Shown here one piece after another: positions 51,096-62,702 of a stretch of 64,000 nt of DNA (within the stretch, counting starts at the first letter, position 1; every line of letters starts with the position of its first letter). The notes below the pieces were generated by a model. It saw nothing but the letters and a program-made list of their open reading frames with translations, was not told the origin of the DNA and searched no databases. The stretch lies in contig DF237369.1 of the NCBI GenBank assembly GCA_000708835.1, positions 7,674 through 71,673 of the forward strand, given 5' to 3'. Source of the stretch: Klebsormidium nitens. Lineage: Eukaryota > Plantae > Klebsormidiophyceae. A program made the translations under genes and the position numbers.

Positions 51096-52463
51096 TCAGC
51101 AGAACCAACAACTGCACTTTTTCGGGTATCCTTGTTTATGGACGGCCGTGAAACCGAGCTCGGCCAGTTCTGACCGTGACGGCTCTAGATTCATCTCGTT
51201 TAGGTCGGTCTGTAGTTCGACTCGAAGTAGAGAAGGGAAGGCTTTCTTCAGAGCCGTCACTTTGAGGAAAGCAGAGAGACTTACAAAATCCACTTCGACA
51301 ACCAAGTCTCGCAGATTGATGTGAGTGCCTAGCGGTGTTGTCGCATGCCCCAGTAAGTGCAAGGCCCCATGTGATAACCGCAGAGACCTTAACTCAGGTC
51401 CTAAGGTTGCGACGAGCTCGTTCATAGGGACAATACTCCGTTCTGCGACACCATGGAGCCTCGCGAGCTCCAAAGTCTCCAGGCCGGAAAACCTTTGCAG
51501 GAGGGGTTTTATCAAAACCGTCCAACATTTACTAGCGTCCGAAAACTTTCCCGGGGCTTCTTTTAGAACTAGGTGCCTTAGCAAGCCTGCTCCCGTCCAA
51601 AAGGTCGGCGGGCTAGTCATCTGACGGATGCCCAGAACAAGCTTCTCCAAGGTTGGCGTCATAAGGCTCCGGACCTCCAGGTTTGTTTCTAGACGGATCA
51701 AACGAGGTGCTTTGATCCTAATGCTTGAGAACCCTGCCCCCGTTAATTGCACTAAGCAAAGGCGCGTGATCACGTTGGACTCCAGTGCAACTACCCCAGA
51801 AGAAGCTGGCCCCGCTGCAAGCCTTGTAATGCACAGACTTTCTAGCTTTTTGCACTCACTCCAGAGTTTTCGAAGGCAGAGTGCCGTGACCTCCACCTTT
51901 ACGAGGCTGAGCGTCCGGATGTTGAGTGCTTGGCTGACATCGGTGCTGATCCTCGCAATGCCATCAAAGCAAAGACCCCGCCCGTCAATGGTTAGTTCCT
52001 CCAGCTTGCGGCATTCGAGCAAAAGGTTGAGCAGGCCTCCAAGGTCTGAGGCCTCGTCCGAGGCCGCTTGCATTGTATCAATGCCATCGACGAGAATGAC
52101 GTCCATTCGGGCAGGACACCTGGACTTGAAGAGTGCGTTGAACAGCAAAGGAAGCTGAATGGTAGGTAGGCGCACAAGCTGGGCATGGAGACCTAGACGC
52201 GAAAGAGATACCCTGTCGTCTTGGACGAAGTTCACTAGCGACAAGGCCTCCACAAGAGTGTCAAAGCTCCAGTCGACATCTTTGACTTGGAAGCACAGTG
52301 TGGACCAGCGCTTGCAGACGCAGGAGGCCAGCAGGAAGTCCTGGACGTGATACTCGCATGAGTACTCATCGCCACCCCGGCGGCGACCCACTTCCGTCAG
52401 TATTCTGCCCAGAACTTCGTCTGGGAGCAGGTCGAAGGGGGAGAGCTGCTGCGGCATTCTCAT
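51096..52463 (-). CDS. Intronless F-box/LRR-repeat protein (~455 aa)
   Basis: Single long ORF. N-terminal F-box FDLLPDEVLGRIL...LLASCVCKRWSTL followed by LxxLxL repeats (CRKLEELTI, LNIRTLSL, CKKLESLCI, FSGLETLEL). First ATG at 52463; the track starts at GTG 52478. Confidence 0.85.
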   Translation of the reverse strand: MRMPQQLSPFDLLPDEVLGRILTEVGRRRGGDEYSCEYHVQDFLLASCVCKRWSTLCFQVKDVDWSFDTLVEALSLVNFVQDDRVSLSRLGLHAQLVRLPTIQLPLLFNALFKSRCPARMDVILVDGIDTMQAASDEASDLGGLLNLLLECRKLEELTIDGRGLCFDGIARISTDVSQALNIRTLSLVKVEVTALCLRKLWSECKKLESLCITRLAAGPASSGVVALESNVITRLCLVQLTGAGFSSIRIKAPRLIRLETNLEVRSLMTPTLEKLVLGIRQMTSPPTFWTGAGLLRHLVLKEAPGKFSDASKCWTVLIKPLLQRFSGLETLELARLHGVAERSIVPMNELVATLGPELRSLRLSHGALHLLGHATTPLGTHINLRDLVVEVDFVSLSAFLKVTALKKAFPSLLRVELQTDLNEMNLEPSRSELAELGFTAVHKQGYPKKCSCWFC

Positions 52464-53297
52464 TGGCAGACCGTACACTTGAGCAATGTGCGGATCTAAT
52501 CAAGTATTTCCCGGGCGCCCAATGCGGCTGCCGCTGCTGCACCACCCGCTTGGCGGTCCCAGTCGGAGCCCGCAAGTTTCTATTGCGCGAGGACTCCTCC
52601 CTCTGTTGCTGTCTTTTGTGCTCAATGTCCAACAGTGATCCCCAAGTTGGCTCTGCAGTGTTAGCAGAGGGCTACAGTCTCAGATTGTCACTGTACCGTG
52701 TAGATCTGAGCTCGTCTTTGCGCCATGGCGGCGTCGCGAATCGTAAGTGGCGCGAAATATCAAACGTGGCAAGATCTCATTCGCCTGTAAGCTTGCTGCA
52801 ATCTGGTCCCGTAGTTTCTGGAGGCTTTAACAAAATTGGATCATTGCACGTCGTCGATCATGTTGATCCGACAGCTATTAAAGAATGATTATATAGTTGC
52901 AAAATCAGAAGAAATCGACTTAATAGTTTGTCCAGGAGTCTGGAGTCTGGAGTCTGGACTACGCTGCGGCCCCTTCATACTTCTGATTGAGGCGAAGATA
53001 GCGGCTGACAAGTGAAGAGGTGGACGGCAGGGACTTCGGAACTTTTGACATTATTGTCGTGGCGGAAGCTTCTGTAGAAGGAAGGTCGTGAGCTGCCGAA
53101 AGCAGTAAAGGAGCGCGGGTAGAGCACAGGCATCACTGGAAAAGCTTTTCCACTGCTCGTCTGAAACGCAGGTCGATCTGCCGCAAAGAATCTCAGACTT
53201 ACGTACGCTTTTCACATTGCTCTTTTGGGCGCTGCCCTCCAGAACTAGAGTGCTTTCTGCAGTATCTTTTCCAAGGGTGTTGCAAGGAGGGCACAAC

Positions 53298-54941
53298 ATG
53301 ACGGGTATCGAGAGGCTCTATTCCATGCAGAATTTTGACGAGAATGGCTCCCTCATTGTCCACCACAGACCCCCCTACAAAGAGATTCTCCTGGCCGTGG
53401 GCCTGTTAACACTGGGCGCAGCTGGCATTGTGATCGGGATGGTGATGATCTACAATAAAATAGGGGGGGACCATTTACACGGTAAGTTCGGTTCGGGCAC
53501 CTTTAGGGCGTGCTATGAGATGCGGAGTCTTCTAAATGTTTTTTTGCAACATTGCTGTGTGGGCCACTTTCCATTTGACTTTTCGCAGCTGCGTTTTGCA
53601 GTTCCTTATGGCCACGTTTCAGTACATTGAAGCCCTTTCCTTTTGTGCCTGTTATGGCTGGTCTCCTCTCAAAGTACCTTCATGCGAGGCAAACTCAGAG
53701 GCCGCTTCAATGCTTGCCTCTTGAAGTGTATGCATAATGGGCCTGTGAAACGTCTTTGCCGCAAACATTTTTTCTAAGGAGTAGATTGAACTTTGTGGTT
53801 ACAGATGTAGTGAGGAACCTGGTGATTCTGTTTGATTTAAACCTCACAAGATGTATGTGGAGAAATGCTCTGAAGGAGGAGTGGGGCGAAAATGTGATAA
53901 TGTTCAAGCGGACGGCCGCTCAGAGTGTGCCCATCTCATTTTGTAAGGCCGTATCTACTCCCCACCTTGCGTAGACACACGGACTTATAGGAGTGGTTTA
54001 GAAGTCCTCTAGTCATTCAAGTGGTTTCATATTTGTTGTCCGACATGAGTTCATATCTTGTGCCTCTTCTGCTGCCCACGCCGGTTGCCCGTGAGTTTAT
54101 CGACGTTCTTCCCAGCTGTTTCAAAGTTGGCCTTAAGCCGCGAGCTGCCAAATTGTTTGGTTGGTGTAACCAAGTCCGCAAGTTTCACCGCAGAGAATGT
54201 CTGTTTTCTGGTCGCAACTTTTGTTCGACATTTCTACCCTTCAGAAAGACTAGGCCACAGAAGTGTTTAGTCCGGATCAAACTGTTAAATCAACCAGAGA
54301 AGCTTCTGAGTTCTGAACAGCCTTTTTAACAAACAGCTTTTAGAACATGACTGATTCTGGCCCCATAGAGAGGCCAACAAGGAATGAGGGCAGCGAGTTT
54401 TCTGGGGTAATAAGCAGCACAGAGCATTCTTCAGCTTGAGCCTAGCCGCTGAAGCACTCTGGCGAGTTTGTTAACGTCTTATTGAAAGCCCACTGCAGGA
54501 AGAATGGTTTCTAGCGGCTGACTTATATCGTATCCATGAGCAGGTATTGTCTTCACCATTCTGGGAGGGCTCCTCTTCTTGCCGGGATTCTACGAAACGA
54601 GAATAGCGTACTATGGTAAGTGGCTCGTTTACATGTCTACAAATAAGGAATCCTTAGGCAGTGCCCCGTTATGCTCTACAGAACTTTCATCTTGACTGTT
54701 TGTATTGCTCGACAGGTGAAACATGCTTTGGTTAGAAAAGCTCCATCTCTACGTCGCAGGGATGCCTCAAAAGGTTGGGTGGTTGTGAAGTGTGAAGACG
54801 AGAGTTCTTCCATTTACCGCTTCTGTGAAGGCAACTTAAATTTGGGACAAGGTGGAGCATTCTCTGACTGCAGCTTCGTATCTGCCTGCAGCATACAAAG
54901 GGTACAAGGGTTTCTCGTTTGCAAACATACCAGCAGTGTGA
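53298..54941 (+). CDS. TMEM230/TMEM134 (DUF872)-like small membrane protein, 101 aa, 3 exons
   Basis: Exons 53298-53481, 54544-54615, 54892-54941 with GT-AG introns in phase. PYKEILLAVGLL, two hydrophobic helices, [27 protein letters not shown]. Confidence 0.88.
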
Positions 54942-56314
54942 CCACCGCTGGTTGTTTCTTTGTACATGTTGTAAAGCTGCTAGGTAAGAGAAACGGATGC
55001 ATCCTGAGTCGGATGCTTGTGTACGATACTGACAATAGACTGAGCAGTCGAAGTGTTACGATTACTTGGATGTCGTTGTGGACATTACTTGCTTTTCAAA
55101 GAGCCCGATTTGTAAGCTGGATTCCTACGAGACAAGCTTATACCTTGATTTCTGAATCGTCCCATGTCGAGTGGAGTCACTGCCTTCTACTTGAGAAGGG
55201 TGGTTCACATGGTGGTAATCCTGCACCCTTTTCCAAAAGTCAGGTCGATCATGTGAACCTCCTTAGAAGTCGTCATCACGTGCTGGCTGCACTTCTGTGT
55301 CCATCCAATTTGAGGATCTGCTTGGAGTGGGCCCCGATAGTGCAGCGACACGTACATCGCTTTTGTTAAGTTCCTGAACTGCACCATCATAATGATGTAC
55401 AGGAACAAGGGTATTGACACCTTGAATCTACTTCGGAAAGCTCCATCAGAAGTGCAGGTTGTGGCCTGAACATATCTAGTACATGATCGCAAATATTGTC
55501 AGTCATCCGACGCCATTTTGAGGTACTCCCGCAAGTATCAGGATGCCACAAGGCTGCTGCAGTGGACACATAACTTAAAACCCCATGCTGCATATTACGT
55601 CTCTTGTCATGCAACAGGCCCATCATGATTCCACTTACTACATAATCGAACACGAAAACGTCAACGACCGGACAACATATGTACGTGATGCGGCTGCTCG
55701 AAGTCCTGGGCCGTGACTACTACACAGGCGGCTGTATACTAATCAGGATTCAGTATGCAACATGACTTGGTACTAACATGATTACAGAGTGACATGTCAA
55801 CGTGCGGCCGCGCCCTTGCGGCATGAGATCTTGTTGGGCAACCGTGCAATCGAGCTAATACCTATACTAAGCTGACAATTTGCATCACCATCCGGACGGT
55901 GTTTGTGAGCGGCTGGCTCGTTTTTTTATACACCCACTGAAATTCCTGGGCTCCATGACTTTCCAAGTAGCCTTTGGCCATCTGGTGGTATCAGTTCGTA
56001 ATCGTGAGAGGTTCTCTCCACTCTATCATTCACTCGAAGTCCCGCTTCACACTAAACTAGCACTAATGATGGCGCCTCGCTCATCAACAATAGCAAAAGC
56101 TGCCCGATGACCGGACCGCAGGCTTTGATGACTGAATTTCCATCCTTAGATGTTAAAAAAATTGACTGTGCATATCGAACACCACCGCAACGAGCATTGA
56201 CAACTGTTGAAGGTGATCTCGATTATTGATCATCACGAATAATTGAAATTGGCGATCCGCTTGACTATGACCGAGGACCTCGCTTTTCGTTTCCGCAGAA
56301 CAATGATGAGCTCC

Positions 56315-57317
56315 TTACGATGTTGCTTCAGACTCACGCACAGGTTCTTTATCTCTGTCGGGAGGTTTGTGTTGATGGTGTTCACACTCATGATCTGAGT
56401 TGTCGTCACTACTGCTTTCATCAAAGGCCTTTTGCTTCTGAAAGATGCAGCATTCTGCATAAGAGGAGAGAATACCTTCAAGTCTTCAGGCAGTTCCTGC
56501 CTGCTTTGGAGGCCTTGCTGCCCTCTGTAATTCTCGGACAATTCCAAATCCAAGATGATCGCATCCAAAATTTGTACAGAACTTGGCGAGATTGCAAATA
56601 GGATAAGATGATTCTGGAGAAAGGCAGTCATCTGATGATATCGCACCTGTTCACTGAAACATCGACTTGTCAAGTCGAAGCTGGAAAATGAGCATGAAGC
56701 GAATCAATGAAGACTACACCACTATCGTTATTGATACTTTATCATGCCATCATGGACGAAAGTGACATACCAACAGCAGTGGCAGACGAGGAAGTTTAAA
56801 GTGACGTGATCATCTGCTGACAGAGAGTCTTCCGCAGAAAGGACTCACTTTTTGAGCTTTTCTTGTTGAGGTGCTCATTGTCGATGGTGTCCCCTTTCCA
56901 TGACACCTTCTTCTTCCTTCTCGGTGCTAGCCGCAGAGTCACACGTTCCTCTGGGCAAAGCAATTTTTTTGTGTCACGAATGATATTGAGGCGAAGTTCT
57001 TCAGCGCAGTCTCATAAATTTTGTTTGATTGCAGCTCCTCCAAGCTCTCTTCAGCAGTCTTTGAAGCTAGATCGCGAGCGGCAAGTCAGCGATATCATAC
57101 TGAGCACCCAAGACCCATAGATGTGATAGAGCTGAAGGTAAGACATCGATCAAGCAGTTGATACAGGCAGAAAACCAAGGGACGTCACGACAGATCAAAA
57201 GCGACATCTACCTTTTCTGCGTTCCTCACCTTGATGGTGTCCCGCAGCGCCGGACGGTTCTGCAGTGACTGTCTGTGTAACAACAGCAGGCTGTGCTGAC
57301 GCATTAGCTCCTTCCAT
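56315..57317 (-). CDS. INH3: Protein phosphatase 1 inhibitor-3 (PPP1R11/Ypi1 family), 109 aa, 3 exons
   Basis: Exons 57230-57317, 56849-56950, 56315-56454 splice in phase to MEGANASAQ...EERVTLRLAPRRKKKVSWKGDTIDNEHLNKKSSKKCCIFQKQKAFDESSSDD... This contains the PP1-binding KVxW motif and the D-T-I-D-N-E-H...SSKKCCIF signature. Confidence 0.92.
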
Positions 57318-58554
57318 CAGACACCAGGAGACGAAGCTTGTTCCGGCAAATGTGGTGCACTAAAAAAGGACAGGTCACCAGGAACAAGAAAAGTTGACGA
57401 CGTGCGCGTGAACTTATTGTTCAACAAGCGGACTTTTGCATGGATATGAGCGGCTGCCAGTGGCTGCCATCCCCCTGTGGGCCCCCTGTGCGTGATTTCT
57501 GTGCGAATCTCCAGACCCTAAAGGCGCCATGGACCCTGCCCCAATGTATTAAAATAAAATGATACATGGCCTGGGCTGCTGCAGCCCATTGGCATGAGGC
57601 TGAGGCCCATGCAGGGGCCTGTGCATGTGGGAACTGCAGCTGCATGCGCGCGCATACATGCTGTATGATTCCGCCACTGTGTGATTCCGCCCTGATCAAC
57701 AAGGGCGGATCCGGAACTCGGGCGGATTCGGAATTTTATCTCATGCTCATGCTGCATGCATAGCCTGCCGCCCAGTTCGAGTCCAGCAATGAGCACACGA
57801 GCATACTGTGCTATGGAGTCCATATGTGCACAGCAGATCTCATAGAAATCTAACTCACTTTCAAGCATGCCAGACCTTCATTGATGGTCTCTTTTCGTAC
57901 TCACCGTAGCCAAGTCTGAGTCAAGTGGCCCAAAAGTTGCAAAAGTGAGCTATGTATCCCGCGTTTGCTTCTCGCTAGAGTTCGTGTGTCAAAATCAGAA
58001 CGAAATTTTCTTTCTTGCGGCATCTGATCATAAAAGGAGCTCTATATATACGGATAAACTCCCATCTTTGGCGCATGAGCTCCAGGCTCATGCATGCATG
58101 CCGGGCTCCTGCATGGTACGTCAAAACTGATTGATTGGTTCCCGTCAGTGACGTACCTAGAGAATACTACGGCCACACGTAGTATACATTGTACATCCAA
58201 TGCACTCTGTTGACTTTCTGCCGAATTCAAGGAATTGCAATGCATCAAATGCGCATGCGGCCAAGTCAAACTTCAATTCCTAGCTGACTCTACTCCATCA
58301 TCTGGTGGCAATGCCAAATCCAAGTACGCGTCATGCCATGAGAGACCATGGCCTGATTCTGCCTTCAGTGTGTGCATACGACCCCGCCATGCGGATTCGT
58401 TATCGATCAGGATGTGGGTTCTGCCTTCAAGCTGCTTCAGCGGTTCACTCAGTATTATTGTAATGTTGAGCCCAATACTCTAATGACCTCCTTTGACGTA
58501 CTCGATTTCTCCCTGGCGAAGGCAGCACGAGCGTGACCCGCAACCCGAAAATGT

Positions 58555-61500
58555 TCAAGCAAGTAGGGAGTCGAGGAGGCCGCCACATGCATCTTCTAAG
58601 AGGTCGAGGACCTGGAAATAGACGAGGCAAAACCAAGGATTAACGTTACGTTACCGAGACGTTGCACGCATTTGATTTGCCACCTCACCTTTGTCACCAC
58701 TCAAGTGAGAGAGTCTGTCACGTTGTACAATGCTGATACAACACGAATGTCAGGCAACAGCAAGCCGTACGTAGCGAGCAGAAGCATGGTTCAAACCGTC
58801 CCTGACCGCAGAGCTGCACATCTTTGCCACGTATTATTGCAGGGGCAAAAACAAAACCCAAGCACAACAGAACGAGCAGACGGGTCTCAATCGACCCAAC
58901 GGAGCGAGGTGCCGTTTGAAAGGGACGAGATGGATTGCTTACAAGCTTGGACGGACAAGATAACCTCAACGCGACATCTCGTTGGTGAATGTGTTTCGTC
59001 CGGAGGACCGATGGCAGCATGTTGTACGCAGCCGGGAAAGAATCACCCAGACTGGACGGAACGAGAAACGATCCCCAGACCTCCGCATCAGCTTGAGCAG
59101 GCCCAAGACTGCTGGCACGCACCGTTGCGGCAGGGGCGTATCAAACCTTGAGGGACATGCCTCAGAGCACTCTAGATGGACACAGAGTCCTAAAACCGAG
59201 TCCTCACCTTTTCAAACCCCTCCGAGCCGCCGTAGTAGGGATCCGGGACCTGGACGAGCTTATGACGTCAGCCACGATGCTCCAAAGTAAAGTGGAGCGC
59301 TTTCCTTTTGCACTGATTGTTGAAACATCGACGGTTGTAGGCGGACAACATTGCAGTCGCAGCTATGGCCCTTTGAATGCACACTTGCATCCCGAACAGG
59401 GCGGACACGGGGACGGAAGGCCTCTAGGAACCCTTTCCACGAGCAAGCCCCGTTCGAAGGACGTCATGTAAGTATCCATGGTTCACCTTTGCATGCTGGA
59501 TTGACATCCGATGTAGCAGGATCGACGGCCGTGACAGATGGCTGAACCTGAATCAAGCATAACCCTGCCAACACAAAACCCTGCTGTCCTTCGTGCTTTG
59601 ACTCACCTCTTTATCGTCGAACTTTTTACAGTAGCTGCACATGAGCCGCACTTTACTTCGGGCCGACTCGGGCAGGGGCCGTTGGGAGCTCCACTTATCG
59701 AAGGCCTTGTTAAGATCCCCTGCAGGATGCATATCACGGGTCTCTGTCATCAGATTAAAACGCTTCTTATTATCTTCGTCTAGACGAGGTGAAACACTTG
59801 ACCCACATCATAGAACGTCTTGAGGAAACTCGCACGGGACTCGCAAGCAAAGTCATCAAAAAGTGAACACAATGAACGCCGCTTCTGACAGCAAAAAGCG
59901 CGTATTCCTGCTGATTCGTAGCACAGGATGTATGCTTCCGACATTTAAGGTAGTTCGATGGCTGCATGCCGTACAGCTGGTCAGCTGGCATTTTTTGCCC
60001 CAGCTTCATTGTTACACACAGACCGCAGCGCCTGAAATCTGTCAGAAATACAAGGACATTGCGACAACAGGTTACAACTTCGACAAGTCGGCCTAGGTCA
60101 GACTGTGACTATGTATAGCTATGCTTCCAATCCGGAACTAACTTAATCTGTGCAATGACCTGTTTGCATCAGGGGTTCGGAGATTGGTTTGTAGTTCTTA
60201 AGTAGGGAATATAGCTAGGGCGAAATCGACTCCCTGACGAACTTTAGCGCTTTGAAGGTCAAGACAACAGTTTCGGCTCCTCGATTGTCTTGCATGCAAG
60301 GGCATGAAAATGACAACCGGGTTCTGATCGGTTGCCAGCAAAGTGCTTTGTTTGAGCTGCACATATGTCCAGAGATGCTCACGTTCGTTATTGTCGTCCA
60401 TGGCCAGAATGACGTCAAACTTCTCAAAGTCTGACGGCACAACTGGCCGGGAAATGGACGTCAGCTTGACGCCCCTTTTGGCCGCGTGCCTCATCATACG
60501 CCCGTCTGCTGGATCGCCCTGCAGATAAAAGTGCCAATTTGTGAGCATGATCCATAACTACGACCCACTGAGATGCTTCAAAATCTTAGAGGATTTCGAA
60601 GCAAGAAAGTCGCCCTTGTATATACGGCAAGCTCTAGCTTAAGCTCAAGTCTCCGTGTTCAGTGTCACAGCCTCAGCTTCTCTCCTCTACCCACCGCATG
60701 TACGTGCATCTGTCCATTCCAATCTTACACAGTGTTGACCCTAGATCTGACCTTCTATCTAAGGGACAGGGAACTGACAAGACGCAATGATCGTGTCTTG
60801 GTTTGCTACAGTGAAGTGAAGGCGCCAGATCAGGACTGCCGCGAATCAGGTTCACAAGCATTGTTTCGTGCAGTAAACTTAATGCAAGCATTAGAAGGCT
60901 CATATCTCTCCAGGAGTACAGAAATGCAAGACAGAACATGTACCACCTAAGACTGCGGCACGTCCACCACAACAAGGTACGATTGTGCAATGTGTTGTGA
61001 CATTGAAACTTTTATTCAGCTTTGTAACTGTTTGTAGCATTGATGAAACCTGCCACCATAAGTGCTTGCCTGATGATAGTCAATCGTGCCCGCAGAATCA
61101 ATCTCAAACTCATCACTGAGGCCTCTCTTCTCAACCGCAGCTCGGAACACAGCCTCTGCAGTGGGGCTCCTGCAGATGTTACCTGCACCACCAAGTGAGT
61201 CTGATTCAACCATGGTCGTTTGGAAAGCAGGTACTCAAACTCCTCTAGGTTGTTATGAACCCTCCAATGATGCAGTTATGAACCCTCCGATGGTGCATCT
61301 GTAGGCCTCGTTAAGTTGCCTTGAGAGAAGACGTTGACGGATGATTGCGAAGCAAGCACCGGAGAGCATGGGAGTCTCGAAAGAAGGTCGCACTTCCCAG
61401 CTGGCAAAGGCTCTGATCTTTTACCACTGCTTTCAAAGACATCCCTCGAGGAGCCTTTTGCAGAGTCTATAATCTGAATCTCTTTCTTAAAGGATATAGG

Positions 61501-62205
61501 GAAAGTTACTGTTTGCCCGGTTCACATTGCAGTTCCAGACTTAGATGCACATAGAACGATGTAACTTCTGCAACCTACTAGCCCAGCCTCTTATTGATCC
61601 ACAGAGGGGAAAGGTCAACAAGAGCATGAGAGCAGAATAGGTCTGGAACTGTTTCCGGAAGGAGACCAGCACATCAACAAACAGAGGGGCATTCGCAAGT
61701 CACTTCTACTTTCAAAGAACTCCAAAACGATACGACCGCCTGTGCTTATTTGAAAAGAGAGAAAAACCTCACCTAAACACACAAACAGGACCTTCTTTGG
61801 CTTTATGGCATTGTCTGTACTACCAGCCATGGCAACACCAAATTGGCGAGTCGAACGCTTCTTGTTCTCAAATCTCTTCAACCCACGCCCGACAGCAAAG
61901 TGATGAAAGCTGGAAGGAGATTCTAGCAGCTGCAGACTTTTCTGTGTCTTAATGCAGAAGCTATTTGAGTCGGTCTGTGAGCTACTGCAGTGATCGGAGC
62001 TGAAGGAAGATGCAGTGCGTAATCCTGTTCGTTGTCCTGCAAATTGGGTGCTTCTAGTCAAAGCGCCTGCTCTCCTTGTCGTAAGCCCGGCAGACAAAAC
62101 ATCCAACTTCAACAGGCTACGAGGTGTATTGATCTGCCTGCCAACGACCTGATTTGCGGAGCGAAGTCCCAGCTGGTGTTGAAAGCTGTTCAATGCAGCC
62201 GCCAT
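58555..62205 (-). CDS. Low-molecular-weight protein tyrosine phosphatase with long N-terminal extension (297 aa, 6 exons)
   Basis: Exons 61773-62205, 61070-61182, 60383-60518, 59607-59719, 59208-59249, 58555-58611. P-loop VLFVCLGNICRS, DSAGT, DVILAMD, VPDPYYGG. Intron 2 uses a GC donor. The start could alternatively be Met at 61830. Confidence 0.92.
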
Positions 62206-62702
62206 GATCGCTTCACACTCATCAGAAAGGAAATGCTGAAGCTAGCCAGACTGCCAGAGCACTCATGATGTAAATTGTGATTAAAGTACAAGTAGAGTTG
62301 CAAAAAAGATCTTATTTTAGTGATTTTGCAATTCTATTTCGCGGCAGCTCGGTATTGAGAACCGGCAATGGGCGTCAGTGACTTCATCGACCAAAAGTGC
62401 ACCCGGATCCAACAAACGGCAGACGGGTTGGAACGTTTCCTGGCTAAGGCATTATTTTTGGGCAAAGAATTAGCAATATTCTCGAGAGGCAAGAGCAGTG
62501 GGCTTGAAGTGGAACAGATGAACAGAACAATGGTGGAAGGGAATGAACTGCGGTAACTTGGCCGGCGCATACAGTATGCAAGCTCTGGTGTTGAGTCTGT
62601 CTCAAGGTTTTGCTCTCCCGAGAGCTCACGGCTTTGTTCATCAAGGAGCATAGCTGCTTGACAACGTACTCGTACGGCAACAATTTTTAAAAGATTGCAA
62701 CC

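Noticed and set aside
54671-55369. 232-aa ORF
   Set aside because: Overlaps the last intron, last exon and 3' UTR of the TMEM230-like gene in another frame and has no recognisable motif.
55387-55653. Possible SWIM zinc finger / Mutator remnant (DTCG...NICDHVL)
   Set aside because: Cys spacing does not fit CxCx(n)CxH and no transposase sequence is nearby. The adjacent 56.3-57.3 kb region turned out to be the INH3 gene.
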